A stretch of 64,000 bases of DNA from a virus (lineage: Duplodnaviria > Caudoviricetes), in IMG/VR virus record IMGVR_UViG_3300031853_000019, positions 18,749 through 82,748 of that record. One strand, given 5' to 3'. The position numbers and the translations under genes were made by a program. The notes below the pieces were generated by a model. It was not told where the DNA came from. It ran no database searches and saw only the letters and a program-made list of their open reading frames with translations. Of this stretch, positions 43,401 to 52,788 are shown piece by piece. The first letter of the stretch is position 1; every line of letters starts with the position of its first letter.

Positions 43401-45719
43401 GATAGCGCGCAAGATAAGATAGATAAACAGGTCAAAGCTTGGGAGTCTATTGGAGAGCACCTTGAACATAATGTGTCACTGATTAAGTTGATTAGTGGAG
43501 ATAAGAGTTATGAAGCTCTTGATAAAATATACCAGCAACAGTATCAAAATAATTTACAATTATTAACTACTCAGCGTACTAGTATGGAATACTGGCAGAA
43601 TATGATTGATAAATATGCTAACTTACTTCAGACCACTGAGGAAGGTAGTAAAGAATGGAAAACATATTCTGAAGCATATGAAAAAGCTAGTATGAATTAC
43701 AAAGAAGCAGTTAGTAACTTAGATAAGACTATTGAAGACGCTCTTAATAAACTTGAAGAGTGGAAGAAGAATCAGTTAGATGCTATCAATGAGACTTTTG
43801 ATAGAACTTTATCTAGTAATTTAGGTTTAGACCAGCTTGAAAAAGAATGGAATGTAATTAATGATAGCGCAAGTAGATATTTTGATAATGTTGAACGAGC
43901 ACTTGAGATGGAAGGTCTTGCGGATGCTTTTGACAAGGTTATTGAAAATACTAAAGAAGCATCTAGAGCACAGCAAGAACTTAACCAGATGCGGGATGAA
44001 GAAATCGCTAGATTAAATCAAAAGACTAAGTTAAGTCAGTTTGATATAGATGAAGTTAAAGCGAGACTTGAAATTAGAAAACAAGAACTTGCTTTAGAAG
44101 ATGCTCAAAAGAACAAGACTAATTTAAGATTAAGAAGAGATAGTCAAGGTAACTATAATTATCAGTACACTGGTGATGATAGTCAGATTGAAGAAGCATC
44201 AGAAGGATTACTTTCTGCAAAGAAAGAATGGTATGAATTAGTTAAGAATAGAAATATTGATTTAGCTAAGGCAGTACTTGAGAACAGAAAGAATCTACAA
44301 TCTGAGCTTGCTGCTCTTGATGATATGTACTTCGAGAATGATGATGCACGAAGAGCTAAGCAGATTGAGATTATTAATAAGTATGCAGAGCGTGAAAAGG
44401 ACATCATGGGGGATGCGGAAAGCGCGAAGCAAATATTCTTTGATGGAACTGCAAAATTCTTTGCAGATGTTGAAAATAATACAGTATTACCACAGTGGAA
44501 TACTACCATTGAAGGAATGATTGATGCTTGGTCTGGTGGCGGTGAAGATAGTTTCACCAATGCAGTTAAACGCGGTATTGAAGAAATTGAGAAGGTTCAA
44601 GATGAATTTAATATTAGAACCGAAGAAATTCTTACCAAAGCTGGTGTTAATTATATTAAGTTAAAGGAAACTGGTATTGATCCTACTATTGATTCTTTAA
44701 ATGAGTTAACTGAATCTAACGAAGAGTTAGAAAGTGCTCTTGAAGAAGTCAATGACCAGTTAATTGAGCAAGAAAGTTATTTAAGAGACTGTGAAGAAGC
44801 TTATAATAACTTGAAAGATGCTGCAGTCAATGCGATTGCACAAGCTAATAGTGCTTTAAATACATTAGCACAAACTGCTATTAATACTAGTCAGCAAGTG
44901 CAAGCTGCTATAAGTGCAGCACAGTCTGCAGCCGCTATTATGAGTGAAATAGCTGCTACTGCAAGTGCACTTGGTGGTGGAGGACTGGGAGGATCCAGTC
45001 CTGGTTCTGGTAGAACATTCTCTGAAATATTAAGAGGTGGAGCAAATCAAGCTGGTAGATATGGAGGTTCCTCAGGATATGAAAGACCTGGAATTAGTCC
45101 TTCAAGTACAACTGGATTAGATAGTCTTAGAAATGCAGGTAAAAATAATGCTAAAAATCAAAACCTTATAATACAGTCTTTAAAAAATAGTATCCGAAGT
45201 ATTGCAAGGAATTTTGCACCAACAATGTCAGAACAAACTATAGAACAATATGCATCAAGAATTAATTTCCAATATGGGGGAAATGCGTCTACACTCACTT
45301 ATGACCAATTAAAACGACTTTTAGGATTTGATTCAGGTGGATACACTGGCGCATGGGGTTCAGATGGTAGACTTGCCATGCTCCATGAGAAAGAATTAGT
45401 TCTTAATAAGAAAGATACAGAAAATGTGCTTGATGCAGTTAACTTACTAAGAACATTCTCAGTAAGTGAAATTGCAGATTCAATTATTGGTGCGGCTAAG
45501 ACATCTGCTTCAATCTTAGCAAGTGTTACATCTAAAGCTAGTCAAGCGGTTGCAGGAGTATCTAATAACCAAACTAATAATTATAGAGATATGACAATTA
45601 ATGCAGACTTCTCAGGAGTAAAATCAGCAGATGCTATTTATCAAGCATTAACTGAATTAAGTAATTATGGTATGCAAGAAGCATATTCAAATTCTCCTTT
45701 AGCAAATAAGTCATATTAA
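37485..45719 (+). CDS. Tail tape measure protein
   Basis: 2744 aa, N-terminal tape-measure domain (TGKSADEM..DKLAAVAATTASD), long helical repeats, C-terminal GFDSGGYTG..AMLHEKELVLN motif. Confidence 0.92.
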   Translation: MAQGGRIDYTIGFNVDKSGLQNIQKELAKINQMSAKDIQKVNPALNVNEAKSVLMKAKIAANEVQKAMQEAFNPTIGVTNIDKLQSSLKRLNLAEIQKRFSAIGPTGQKAFLDISKSALTTNVQLKQTSKLMDKVGETLTNTIKWQFSSSIVNRFIGTVQQAVGYVQHLDSSLNDIRIVTGKSADEMEVFAQRANKAAQSLGKSTTDYTEASLIYYQQGLADDEVAARAETTLKAANVTGQSTAAVSEELTAVWNGYKVATEDTEAAVDKLAAVAATTASDLEELSTGMSKVASAANSMGVDMDQLNAQIATIISVTRQAPESVGTALKTIYARMSDLKLGDSDEDGLKLGDVSSSLEKVGINILDANGNLREMGDVIEEVAGKWDTWNKAEQAAIAQSLAGKRQYNNLVALFDNWDMYSKALDTSRNSLGTLQSQQDIYMESTEAHIQMLKTELEDLYDSIIDEDAIKGVSDGLRNILNIITNIVDAIGGGKTLITGIIAFVGSKLGKQLANTLAPFINNIQNAKTNAEALAQVYKNLQTYATANSFGDKATEAMREVQEETSQYWHLMSEEEINASMEATRELGTWVQKQEEVKKTTEALENYIAVAGTATQKNALKQGGQIFNQGGGEASSLSVGEVSKTVLEEKNKIDTLKKAYTDLEKEIEKVNNSKGFIGNNEEELKEVSKNVDNLKKKLTSLSTALNTVKQNNEGLLPPGTFEDLERGIEQLQSRLESLRSGNRLMILSDNDREEMKRIEEVLNELIAKYQEYTKVVKEAAEAEDHVNSLRGKFQNNNEELALQDKINGYSQLVGAISSYAFALQSLTNIGSIFNNDDLTDGEKILQIVSALAIAIPMLGGAYKNLTLGLNALLKAKQANAAASAANAVADNAAKKASNGWIQAILGQTSAAKGLSTALKAVSITMIAVTAAITAISFISSQYKKHLEEVAEKTEQTAQAQQEIVDKAKEESESINNLRKNYEELNRLRDENGTFTDEQKQKINDLLKSYDDEHLKVLALVEDYDELQRAIREANAEKLKTLGEGQEELLEDEFLVLQAKIDENKGGIGDIIKADMAGSAYNLALKYNKDLEVNTKLGQNYFKDLQSQLNPEDFKALIQDLKQTYPEYVEILNDIYTAAEGAQKTSKDFAIQEFLSDKDIKNVQEYDNAVEDVAKIKVDGQEIGKEYARSFLAGEYEEFSVGSKQKEEIADILGEDLFNQIQNKYDSYTEDQKNFLYSNAQLAADIGNVDKFWDLYSARKENQESISLVEGYLDKTELKDDDINALFSNASFADSFGYTQEEFTDMSHRERMNALDEYYTESFKKEQAYQQLVQDGINKTGEEVQQKLNEERQAFDKNIEDFQAYLSEEFGEKFATKIYNDLFNNEEVFNAFNKKVNHEKLTDEEKQVLKDADLDSILNPIRYKKAQKALEKYKETTGQTGKTIKSVTKITDNFAASQEELEGILKNNTSAAFKMNAMMKNQKNKIKELNAEIDDIQSNYQSLQSIVEDYNEDGYISLDNVQKLMEMDTKYVATLKFEGDQLSINDEAYQNLTQAEAQNLRIEATELFLKELLAIQNGETAASATVLTASTYETAEAMGVLESAADRTTSSLVRLQQVQAAMKVDPTATKNAMQGYLNRLAMIDNFANQPVARAIGSGGSGSGGGGGSEKDPEHEEYLEREADIYRTINEELEQIESTLERIQNINDHEWGIDAQKTLEQENKLLDQQLEKLQEKKKLQERDLSTRRKQLEDVGVNFSADGSAMTNAESTLDAMYAHYNSMVDMYNAMSAAEQETYKANLEAEKDRIDKVEQKIDDYESTFSDYQSTLDSLIDVHYQQIENTVKQFNNMVDVHLELDEAKEEWNDFWFDVVQDIEDTDFTKQIEKSVKKLEVLIGTTLSNTDSEVSILTNHLLETVSEVQDQIASANRGGEASIFGDDSALSKETLENYRDQLMEALTSAKEELDNISDSYLDMLDSAQDKIDKQVKAWESIGEHLEHNVSLIKLISGDKSYEALDKIYQQQYQNNLQLLTTQRTSMEYWQNMIDKYANLLQTTEEGSKEWKTYSEAYEKASMNYKEAVSNLDKTIEDALNKLEEWKKNQLDAINETFDRTLSSNLGLDQLEKEWNVINDSASRYFDNVERALEMEGLADAFDKVIENTKEASRAQQELNQMRDEEIARLNQKTKLSQFDIDEVKARLEIRKQELALEDAQKNKTNLRLRRDSQGNYNYQYTGDDSQIEEASEGLLSAKKEWYELVKNRNIDLAKAVLENRKNLQSELAALDDMYFENDDARRAKQIEIINKYAEREKDIMGDAESAKQIFFDGTAKFFADVENNTVLPQWNTTIEGMIDAWSGGGEDSFTNAVKRGIEEIEKVQDEFNIRTEEILTKAGVNYIKLKETGIDPTIDSLNELTESNEELESALEEVNDQLIEQESYLRDCEEAYNNLKDAAVNAIAQANSALNTLAQTAINTSQQVQAAISAAQSAAAIMSEIAATASALGGGGLGGSSPGSGRTFSEILRGGANQAGRYGGSSGYERPGISPSSTTGLDSLRNAGKNNAKNQNLIIQSLKNSIRSIARNFAPTMSEQTIEQYASRINFQYGGNASTLTYDQLKRLLGFDSGGYTGAWGSDGRLAMLHEKELVLNKKDTENVLDAVNLLRTFSVSEIADSIIGAAKTSASILASVTSKASQAVAGVSNNQTNNYRDMTINADFSGVKSADAIYQALTELSNYGMQEAYSNSPLANKSY

Positions 45720-45725
45720 TAAAAT

Positions 45726-45767
45726 GCGGGAATTGCTAGAAATTAAGCAATTCCCGCATATTTTTTT
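45726..45767 (+). terminator. Intrinsic terminator
   Basis: TGCGGGAATTGC-loop-GCAATTCCCGCA then T run. Confidence 0.8.
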
Positions 45768-45844
45768 GGTCAATTTTATATAACACCAAACACAAAATTT
45801 TTATATTATATATAAAGCAGAGATACAAGGAGGAAATTGCTAAA

Positions 45845-48800
45845 ATGGCTATGAATATAGATAATTCAGAAGTTATGTCATCTGATGATATAAAGAAAAT
45901 TCTGATTAATACATTTAATAAAGCAATAACAAAATCTGTTCAAGATGCTAAATATGATAAAACTATTTTAGCAACCATTCAGTATTGTACTGATGCTACT
46001 ATTGGACAGTATAAAATTAAATATCAAAATGGATATTTTACCGCCTATTCTCAAGATACTAGTGCAATTTATTCAAATGGTGCTGCTGTATATATTACTG
46101 TACCAGAGAATAATTTTAACAATCGTTTGATTATTTCTGGACTTGCTACTAGTGATAGTTCGGCTAAAACATATGTCACTAACTTAGAAGGTGATCAGCA
46201 GTATATGCAGAAAGGACCTAACCTAATCTCAATGAAACCTACAGTTTCAGAGATACAGTTATCTAGTTTTATAGGCGTGGCTCAACATGACCCGCAATTA
46301 ATTCCAATATTCACAAGAGATAAAACTCAATCTAGCGTTGACATGGTTGATATTGGAACTAATGGTGAAGATAATCCACTTTCCGCAGATAGTTACCTTA
46401 AAACTGCAGATGGCGCTTTTAGATTTGGTGCAACTTTTAGAACTGCTATACCAGAAAATAAGCAATACACGGGTGATTATGGTATTCGTCTAGGTTTAAG
46501 ATTCATGACGAATAATGATAAGTCAAACCCGCAGTATGAAGTTAAATATTACGAAATTAATACAATTACAATGACAGGTACTCCTTTTAATTATTATGTA
46601 GCTATGCCACAGTATAATTATTGGGAGATTGATACTGATTCTTTTGATAGAATTGAGTCTATTGTAGCATATTGTAGAGACTTTTCGGGAGAATATCATC
46701 CCGAATATGCGCCTGATATATTTATAACTGATATTAATTTATATGGCGCAACTAAACTTTATGATACAAATAATGATAAGTATAAAGTTGAAATAGTTGC
46801 AGAACAAGGTTATAAATTTGAAGCAGGTACTGAAATTACAAGTTTACCCTTTTCCGCAAAATTAAGAGTAGATGGTAATGAAGTCAAAAGCATTGAAGAA
46901 CAAGGTCTGAAATACTTTTGGGCAAAAGAGGATGCTACTGTAAATTCAACTAGTAATAAGAGATATAATCGTTATACTGGTAAAGGTTGGAAATGCTTGA
47001 ATGAAGGATATGCAACTGTAGTTGATGGTACTCTTGATCCTCAAGCATTGCAAGATTATGTTATTGAAGATGATACTGATTTAACACATATTAAAGCTTT
47101 TGCTTGGAAAGAAGATGAAAAAGCAATTAGCTTGAAGAAATCTGCTTGTAAAGGTAGAATTACTAAACTGAAATGTGTTATCGTTTATAATAATACACCA
47201 ATATCCGCAGTAATTGAAGTATATAATGAAGATGGTATTTACTTAGTAATGGACGCTACTAATACTGAGTTTTATGGCGGAATTGGTACTACAAATATAA
47301 CTGCGGGCGCTTTTAAAGATGGTGCAGGCGGCACTTTGATTAATGTGACATTACCTAATTCAGAATCACAACAGCAAAGTACATATATAGACCATTATAT
47401 CTGGACTATTACAGATGCTCTTGGTCAGGCAAAAGAAATCCCGCCAACAGATCCTAATGAATTAATTAAAATTAAGGATTCGCGCTGGGATGAGACTCAT
47501 ATTCAAGGTAGTATTCATAATGATGATGAAACTGTATCTGATGCAAATGTTGAAACTTGGTTAGTTCAACAGCCTATTGGTTTTAGCGTATGTAAACAAA
47601 GATATGATTATTATTCTAAACAATATAATTATTATGCGTCTGTGCTACAAGATGATGAAGCTACACAAGAAGAAAAGGACGCGGCAGCAATTTATTTACC
47701 TGTTTGTGAGCGTAGACGAGATGGAATCGTTACTGATACGAAGACAAACATAAATAAAATGTATAGTAATTTAGTAGAGAATAGTACTAATAGTTATATA
47801 TTTGGACCGAGTGCAGTAACCGCACAATATATAGAAGGTGCTGAACCTAATTATAATAATGTTGAAATTACTAATGTTACTAATTATTATTATAGTGAAA
47901 TAGAACATAGTGATTATCAAGAATATATAGATGTTCATAATACTTTATTTAATTTAACCGCAAGTATGGTTGGCGTTAATGCAACAGTAACTGTAACCGC
48001 AGTAGATAATGATGGTGAAGCGGTTGCTTCTAATTCAGTATATTTGCAAGCTGCAGAAGCAACCAATTTAGATTATTCTCTTGAAATAGTTAATGGTACA
48101 CAAAGCTTTGTATATACTGCGGGCGGAATTGCTCCAACTGATAAAAATGTTTCCGCACCTATTACATTAAAACCATTATATTATAGATTATATGATAAAG
48201 CAGGCAATTTAATTTATGATAGTGAAAATGCTGATAGTGAAGGTAATCAAACTAATAATACTTCATTAGATCCTGTTTGGACATTTTACGCTCCTTCCAG
48301 GTCAATGATTCAAACAGTATATCAAGGGCATACTAATTGGGATGTCTCTCCAGATGATGCTACTGTATATTTTCTTAAACATGAAGATAAATTTGTTTAT
48401 ACTCTTGCGGAGAATTTTGACATTAGGAAGCGTGATGAAAGTAATATTCAATTAAGAGTAACCTATGAAGATAATGTAATTTATGGGGCAACTAATTTCA
48501 CTTTTATAAAAGAAGGTGAATTAGGAACTAATGGAACAAATACTTATTTAGATATAATTGATCCAACATATGAAGCATATCGAACAAGTGTTTTAACCTC
48601 TTGTTCTGGTGCTATTGTAAAAGAGATGGTTGATGGCGTTGAAGTAGAAAACCATTATAGTCCTGCAGATAGACATATTCATAATACTTATTTATATGCT
48701 ACTCAAGCATATCATAATAATGGCAGTCCTGCAGAGAAGGTTTCAACAGTAGATTTTGTAAATCTTAAATTTGCAAGAATGGCTAGTCAAGAATATCCTA

Positions 48801-51800
48801 ATGACCCCGGTGTTATTGGTGATTCTACTATTCAATTATATGGACAGTGGTATGAGAATGGATTAAGAGAAACTATTGGAGAAGACTCTAAATGGGATAC
48901 TATGGAAGGCGAAGGGTATGCTATTGGTGGATACATGTGTTCTCAGCCTCCTTTTGCAGTAACTAGCAATGGAGCTTATGCAAATGTACAGATTAGTTAT
49001 GTTGCAAACGTTCCAGCAACCATGGCATACAAACCTACTACTGTTAATAACTTTATTCCTAGAAAAAGACAAATTCTTGTAAATAGAACAGCTAATAATA
49101 TTGTTAAAGTAGAGGCGGGTAAGCAGATTGCCGAACAAAAAGATGGAGAGGGCAATCCTATTGTAAGGAAGAATTATGGTTATTACACAATGCCATATTT
49201 CTTCTACCATAATTCAATTAATACACCTACCAAACTGGATCCCGCGAAACACATTATTATAGTTGGAGGATTTGACGAAGTTGTTTATGATAGTGCAGGT
49301 TTAAATCCTGAATATGACAAAGAGCATCCATTTAAATTTTTCTTAATTGATGAAAATGGAGAAAATATTACTGAAGAGTTTTTAGCTGCTATACAAGCAG
49401 ATAGTACTAAAGGTGAAATTCAATGGAAATGTTCGCCAGGATTTAGTTTTGCTCTTGATAATGGAATTACTACTATAAAAGCATATCCTGAAGGCTTTGG
49501 TTATAATGAAGATTTATATAGTCAATATTGTTCCCATAAAAGCAAGGTTTATAAATGTATTAAATCGCATACTAAACCTAGCATGGATTACAACATTACA
49601 GATGGAAAAGGTAATGTTATTAAACGAATTCAAAGAGATGATTTTATTGCAGACTATTGGGAAGAAGTAGATAGTTTTGCAGAGAAAAAACAAGAATTTA
49701 AAATAACTCCTAACTCAACCTATGAATCTGTTGCGCAAAGCACTTTATTTAATAGTTGGGTTAGTCTTTATATATTGTATAATAGAGGGGATAAGGGTAT
49801 TATAGAAGCGGAAGCACTTATTCCTATTAATGTAATTTGTAACCGCTATGGTTCAGAAATTTTAAATGGTTGGAACGGTAAAACCACAGAAATTGGTGAT
49901 GCATATGTACTCTCCAACAAGGTTGCCGCAGGAAGAAAATATGAAGATAATTCTTTCTTAGGTGTTACTATAGGAGAGAATATGTATATTGAAGATGATA
50001 GGGATAATGAAGTTGGTCTATTTGGATATGGACGGATAGATGAAAATGATCCAAATAGCTGGGCACGAACATTATTCCTAGATGCAAAGACGGGTAGAAC
50101 AATACTTGGTCCTGTTGGTTCATCCCAGATTGTATTAGATCCTACTCCACAAGAAAAAGATGGAGATGAAGTATGGTCTAAACTTAATGGATGGTATATT
50201 AGTCCTAATTTCTTCTATAAGCCTCTTGGAGAAGCTAATCCGCTTGAACAATCTTCTTCTTACGCAAAGAAAAATGAATTATTTTCAGGGCTTTCACAAG
50301 GTGGTAAAATAACTCCTCCTACTGTAAAAGAAGGTTCTGCAGGAATGTATGTTCCTTGGTTTGGTGAAGTTAGTAAAGATGATGTATTTTTATGGGCATC
50401 TTCTAAAGTTAAGAATTTAAATAATGAATCTTTAGAAAATGAAATAAGATCTATGCAGACTAGTTTGCATACTAGTTATGGTATTAATTTTGATGATAAT
50501 ACTATGAATATGCGAAATGATGAAGCAATTCGAGCAACTAAAGAAGCGGCAGTTAGAACTGCAAAAGCCACTGCTGAAGCTAAATATGCCACTTGGAAAA
50601 CTTTAGAAAAACAAGGTGCTCCGAAGGCAGATATAGAAGCTGCGAAAGCTGAGTATGGTGTTGCTGCAGAAGCACTATTAACTGCACAGCAGAATTTAGC
50701 AAAATTTAATTCTGATACTCAAACTTATGAAGATATTTTAGGTGATTACCATAGTTTAATTTATCAAGAAACTACTGGTGATCCTACACAATATACTGAT
50801 TTCAATAGTAAGAAATCTAACTTCTATGTTACATATGGTGGACATTTACATGCTACAAGCGCTAGTATTGAAGGTAATATCATTGCTAACTCTGGTAGAT
50901 TTGGTAATGGCTCAAATAAGATTTCTATTGCAGTAACAAAAGATAATGTAAAGTATATTCTTTACAATAAAAACTTTTGGGTTCGTGATTCTTCAGGAGA
51001 TGAAAACGAAGAGAGCGCTATCTACATGAAAGGTAAAATCATGGCTAAATCTGGTCAATTTGGTCAGGTTGGTGATGATAAAGATGGATATTCTGCTAAT
51101 ACTGTTTTTATCGAGTATAATTGGTATCCTTGGCATGTACCTGGCGATCACGAGGATTGGAATGATCAAACTTATTATCTTGACACGACTGCGGGTAGGT
51201 CAAAAAAATATGCTTTGTATCATAAGAACTTCAATATTACCAATACTGGCGACGTATTTTTTAATGGCGAATTATATACTAGAAAAGGTAGAATTGGTAA
51301 TTGGGTAATTACTAAAAATAATTTACACTCTGCTGATGGTAATATTGTATTAAGTTCTAATAGTATTCAATTAGGCGTATTTAGCGCAGATAGCGCTGGT
51401 AATCTAAGAGGTGGTAATGGCGCTTGGTATATTAACGCAGATGGTACTTCTAGTTTTAGTAAGATGCAAGGTCTTACTTTTACAAATGGTTCAGGATTTA
51501 GTATGTCTGGTGATAATTTAAAACTTGCTTTAAAAGCTGGCGACACTATGCAAATAGGTGATGGTTATTTATATGCCACTAGTGACGGAGAAGGTATGGT
51601 ATTTGATGGTAGAATTCTATTCAATGATAATATTAACCTTAAAATAGGACGGCATCTTCAGATTGGTAACATGGAACTATCAAAAAATCATTTAAAATTT
51701 GGCACAACAAGTACTGTAGAAGTATCTTCAACTGGATTTAGTATTGGTGGACAAGGAGCTGGTGGCGGAACTTCTTTAACCACTATTGGACTAACAGTAA

Positions 51801-52006
51801 ATGGTAATACAATTATACAAAGTAATGGAGATCTTGACTGTAGAAGTTCAGTTGCTCGTTTTGCTAGCGGTTCAGCTGTTTATATAGGTGGAACGATGCT
51901 TGATGCATATATACAAAGTAAAGTAGATGCTGCTTTTAATAATTTATATGGTCTTACTAGCACTGCTCCTGATGGACATTCTCATACCGTTACAATTTAC
52001 CATTAA
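45845..52006 (+). CDS. Large tail tip / fibre protein
   Basis: 2053 aa, beta-rich, after TMP, G-rich repeats near C-terminus. Confidence 0.7.
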   Translation: MAMNIDNSEVMSSDDIKKILINTFNKAITKSVQDAKYDKTILATIQYCTDATIGQYKIKYQNGYFTAYSQDTSAIYSNGAAVYITVPENNFNNRLIISGLATSDSSAKTYVTNLEGDQQYMQKGPNLISMKPTVSEIQLSSFIGVAQHDPQLIPIFTRDKTQSSVDMVDIGTNGEDNPLSADSYLKTADGAFRFGATFRTAIPENKQYTGDYGIRLGLRFMTNNDKSNPQYEVKYYEINTITMTGTPFNYYVAMPQYNYWEIDTDSFDRIESIVAYCRDFSGEYHPEYAPDIFITDINLYGATKLYDTNNDKYKVEIVAEQGYKFEAGTEITSLPFSAKLRVDGNEVKSIEEQGLKYFWAKEDATVNSTSNKRYNRYTGKGWKCLNEGYATVVDGTLDPQALQDYVIEDDTDLTHIKAFAWKEDEKAISLKKSACKGRITKLKCVIVYNNTPISAVIEVYNEDGIYLVMDATNTEFYGGIGTTNITAGAFKDGAGGTLINVTLPNSESQQQSTYIDHYIWTITDALGQAKEIPPTDPNELIKIKDSRWDETHIQGSIHNDDETVSDANVETWLVQQPIGFSVCKQRYDYYSKQYNYYASVLQDDEATQEEKDAAAIYLPVCERRRDGIVTDTKTNINKMYSNLVENSTNSYIFGPSAVTAQYIEGAEPNYNNVEITNVTNYYYSEIEHSDYQEYIDVHNTLFNLTASMVGVNATVTVTAVDNDGEAVASNSVYLQAAEATNLDYSLEIVNGTQSFVYTAGGIAPTDKNVSAPITLKPLYYRLYDKAGNLIYDSENADSEGNQTNNTSLDPVWTFYAPSRSMIQTVYQGHTNWDVSPDDATVYFLKHEDKFVYTLAENFDIRKRDESNIQLRVTYEDNVIYGATNFTFIKEGELGTNGTNTYLDIIDPTYEAYRTSVLTSCSGAIVKEMVDGVEVENHYSPADRHIHNTYLYATQAYHNNGSPAEKVSTVDFVNLKFARMASQEYPNDPGVIGDSTIQLYGQWYENGLRETIGEDSKWDTMEGEGYAIGGYMCSQPPFAVTSNGAYANVQISYVANVPATMAYKPTTVNNFIPRKRQILVNRTANNIVKVEAGKQIAEQKDGEGNPIVRKNYGYYTMPYFFYHNSINTPTKLDPAKHIIIVGGFDEVVYDSAGLNPEYDKEHPFKFFLIDENGENITEEFLAAIQADSTKGEIQWKCSPGFSFALDNGITTIKAYPEGFGYNEDLYSQYCSHKSKVYKCIKSHTKPSMDYNITDGKGNVIKRIQRDDFIADYWEEVDSFAEKKQEFKITPNSTYESVAQSTLFNSWVSLYILYNRGDKGIIEAEALIPINVICNRYGSEILNGWNGKTTEIGDAYVLSNKVAAGRKYEDNSFLGVTIGENMYIEDDRDNEVGLFGYGRIDENDPNSWARTLFLDAKTGRTILGPVGSSQIVLDPTPQEKDGDEVWSKLNGWYISPNFFYKPLGEANPLEQSSSYAKKNELFSGLSQGGKITPPTVKEGSAGMYVPWFGEVSKDDVFLWASSKVKNLNNESLENEIRSMQTSLHTSYGINFDDNTMNMRNDEAIRATKEAAVRTAKATAEAKYATWKTLEKQGAPKADIEAAKAEYGVAAEALLTAQQNLAKFNSDTQTYEDILGDYHSLIYQETTGDPTQYTDFNSKKSNFYVTYGGHLHATSASIEGNIIANSGRFGNGSNKISIAVTKDNVKYILYNKNFWVRDSSGDENEESAIYMKGKIMAKSGQFGQVGDDKDGYSANTVFIEYNWYPWHVPGDHEDWNDQTYYLDTTAGRSKKYALYHKNFNITNTGDVFFNGELYTRKGRIGNWVITKNNLHSADGNIVLSSNSIQLGVFSADSAGNLRGGNGAWYINADGTSSFSKMQGLTFTNGSGFSMSGDNLKLALKAGDTMQIGDGYLYATSDGEGMVFDGRILFNDNINLKIGRHLQIGNMELSKNHLKFGTTSTVEVSSTGFSIGGQGAGGGTSLTTIGLTVNGNTIIQSNGDLDCRSSVARFASGSAVYIGGTMLDAYIQSKVDAAFNNLYGLTSTAPDGHSHTVTIYH

Positions 52007-52026
52007 TTTAAAGGAGATAAAAGGAT

Positions 52027-52242
52027 ATGAAATTAGATATTAATATAGCTGCAGAGCAGTTTAAAAAACAATTAATAGATACTATTAACCAGGCGGGGGA
52101 AGTACTCCCGCCCGTGTTAATTAATTATATAGTTCAAGATGTTAGCACAGATGTTATTCAGACATATCAAAATATAATACGTCAACAACAAATTGAATTA
52201 GCTAAACAAAATGAACAAGAAGATGAGGACAAAGAAGATTAA
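52027..52242 (+). CDS. Small tail-associated hypothetical protein
   Basis: 71 aa, AAGGAG RBS. Confidence 0.6.
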   Translation: MKLDINIAAEQFKKQLIDTINQAGEVLPPVLINYIVQDVSTDVIQTYQNIIRQQQIELAKQNEQEDEDKED

Positions 52243-52300
52243 ACACGGAGTAATTTTCATTATATAATTATAGGAACTTTAGCGGGGAGGATAAGGTGCC

Positions 52301-52735
52301 ATGTTGGAACTATTAAATAATTATTCAGTAATGGAAATTATTACTTTCATCATCCTTTTATCTATTGCAGTAAAAGGAATAGTTGATTTTATTGACTGGA
52401 TAAAAGGAAAACTAAAGGCTCTATACACAAAAGAAAAATCTGAAGAAGACGAGATTCAACGAATCACAAATCTTGAAACTTCAATAGAGAAAATCAATAA
52501 ATCTGTTGATGAATTAACAGATAAAATAAATCTTTTAGTTGAGTCTGATAAAGACGCTATTAAGGCTTATATTACAAAAGAACATCATTATTATTGTTAT
52601 GAAAGACGATGGGTTGATGATTATAGTCTTGACTGTCTTGAAAAGCGTTTTGCACATTACATAGAAGAAAAAGGTAATAGCTTTGTAGAGAATTTGATGG
52701 ATGAAATCAGAGCATTACCGCGTGAACCAAAGTAG
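52301..52735 (+). CDS. Holin-like / XhlA-like membrane protein
   Basis: Single N-terminal TM helix, coiled coil, DAIKAYITKEH..YIEEKGNSFV C-terminus. Confidence 0.5.
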   Translation: MLELLNNYSVMEIITFIILLSIAVKGIVDFIDWIKGKLKALYTKEKSEEDEIQRITNLETSIEKINKSVDELTDKINLLVESDKDAIKAYITKEHHYYCYERRWVDDYSLDCLEKRFAHYIEEKGNSFVENLMDEIRALPREPK

Positions 52736-52788
52736 AGAGGGAGCTTTATGCTCCCTCTATTTATTTAGAGAGAAAAGGAGGTTAATCA

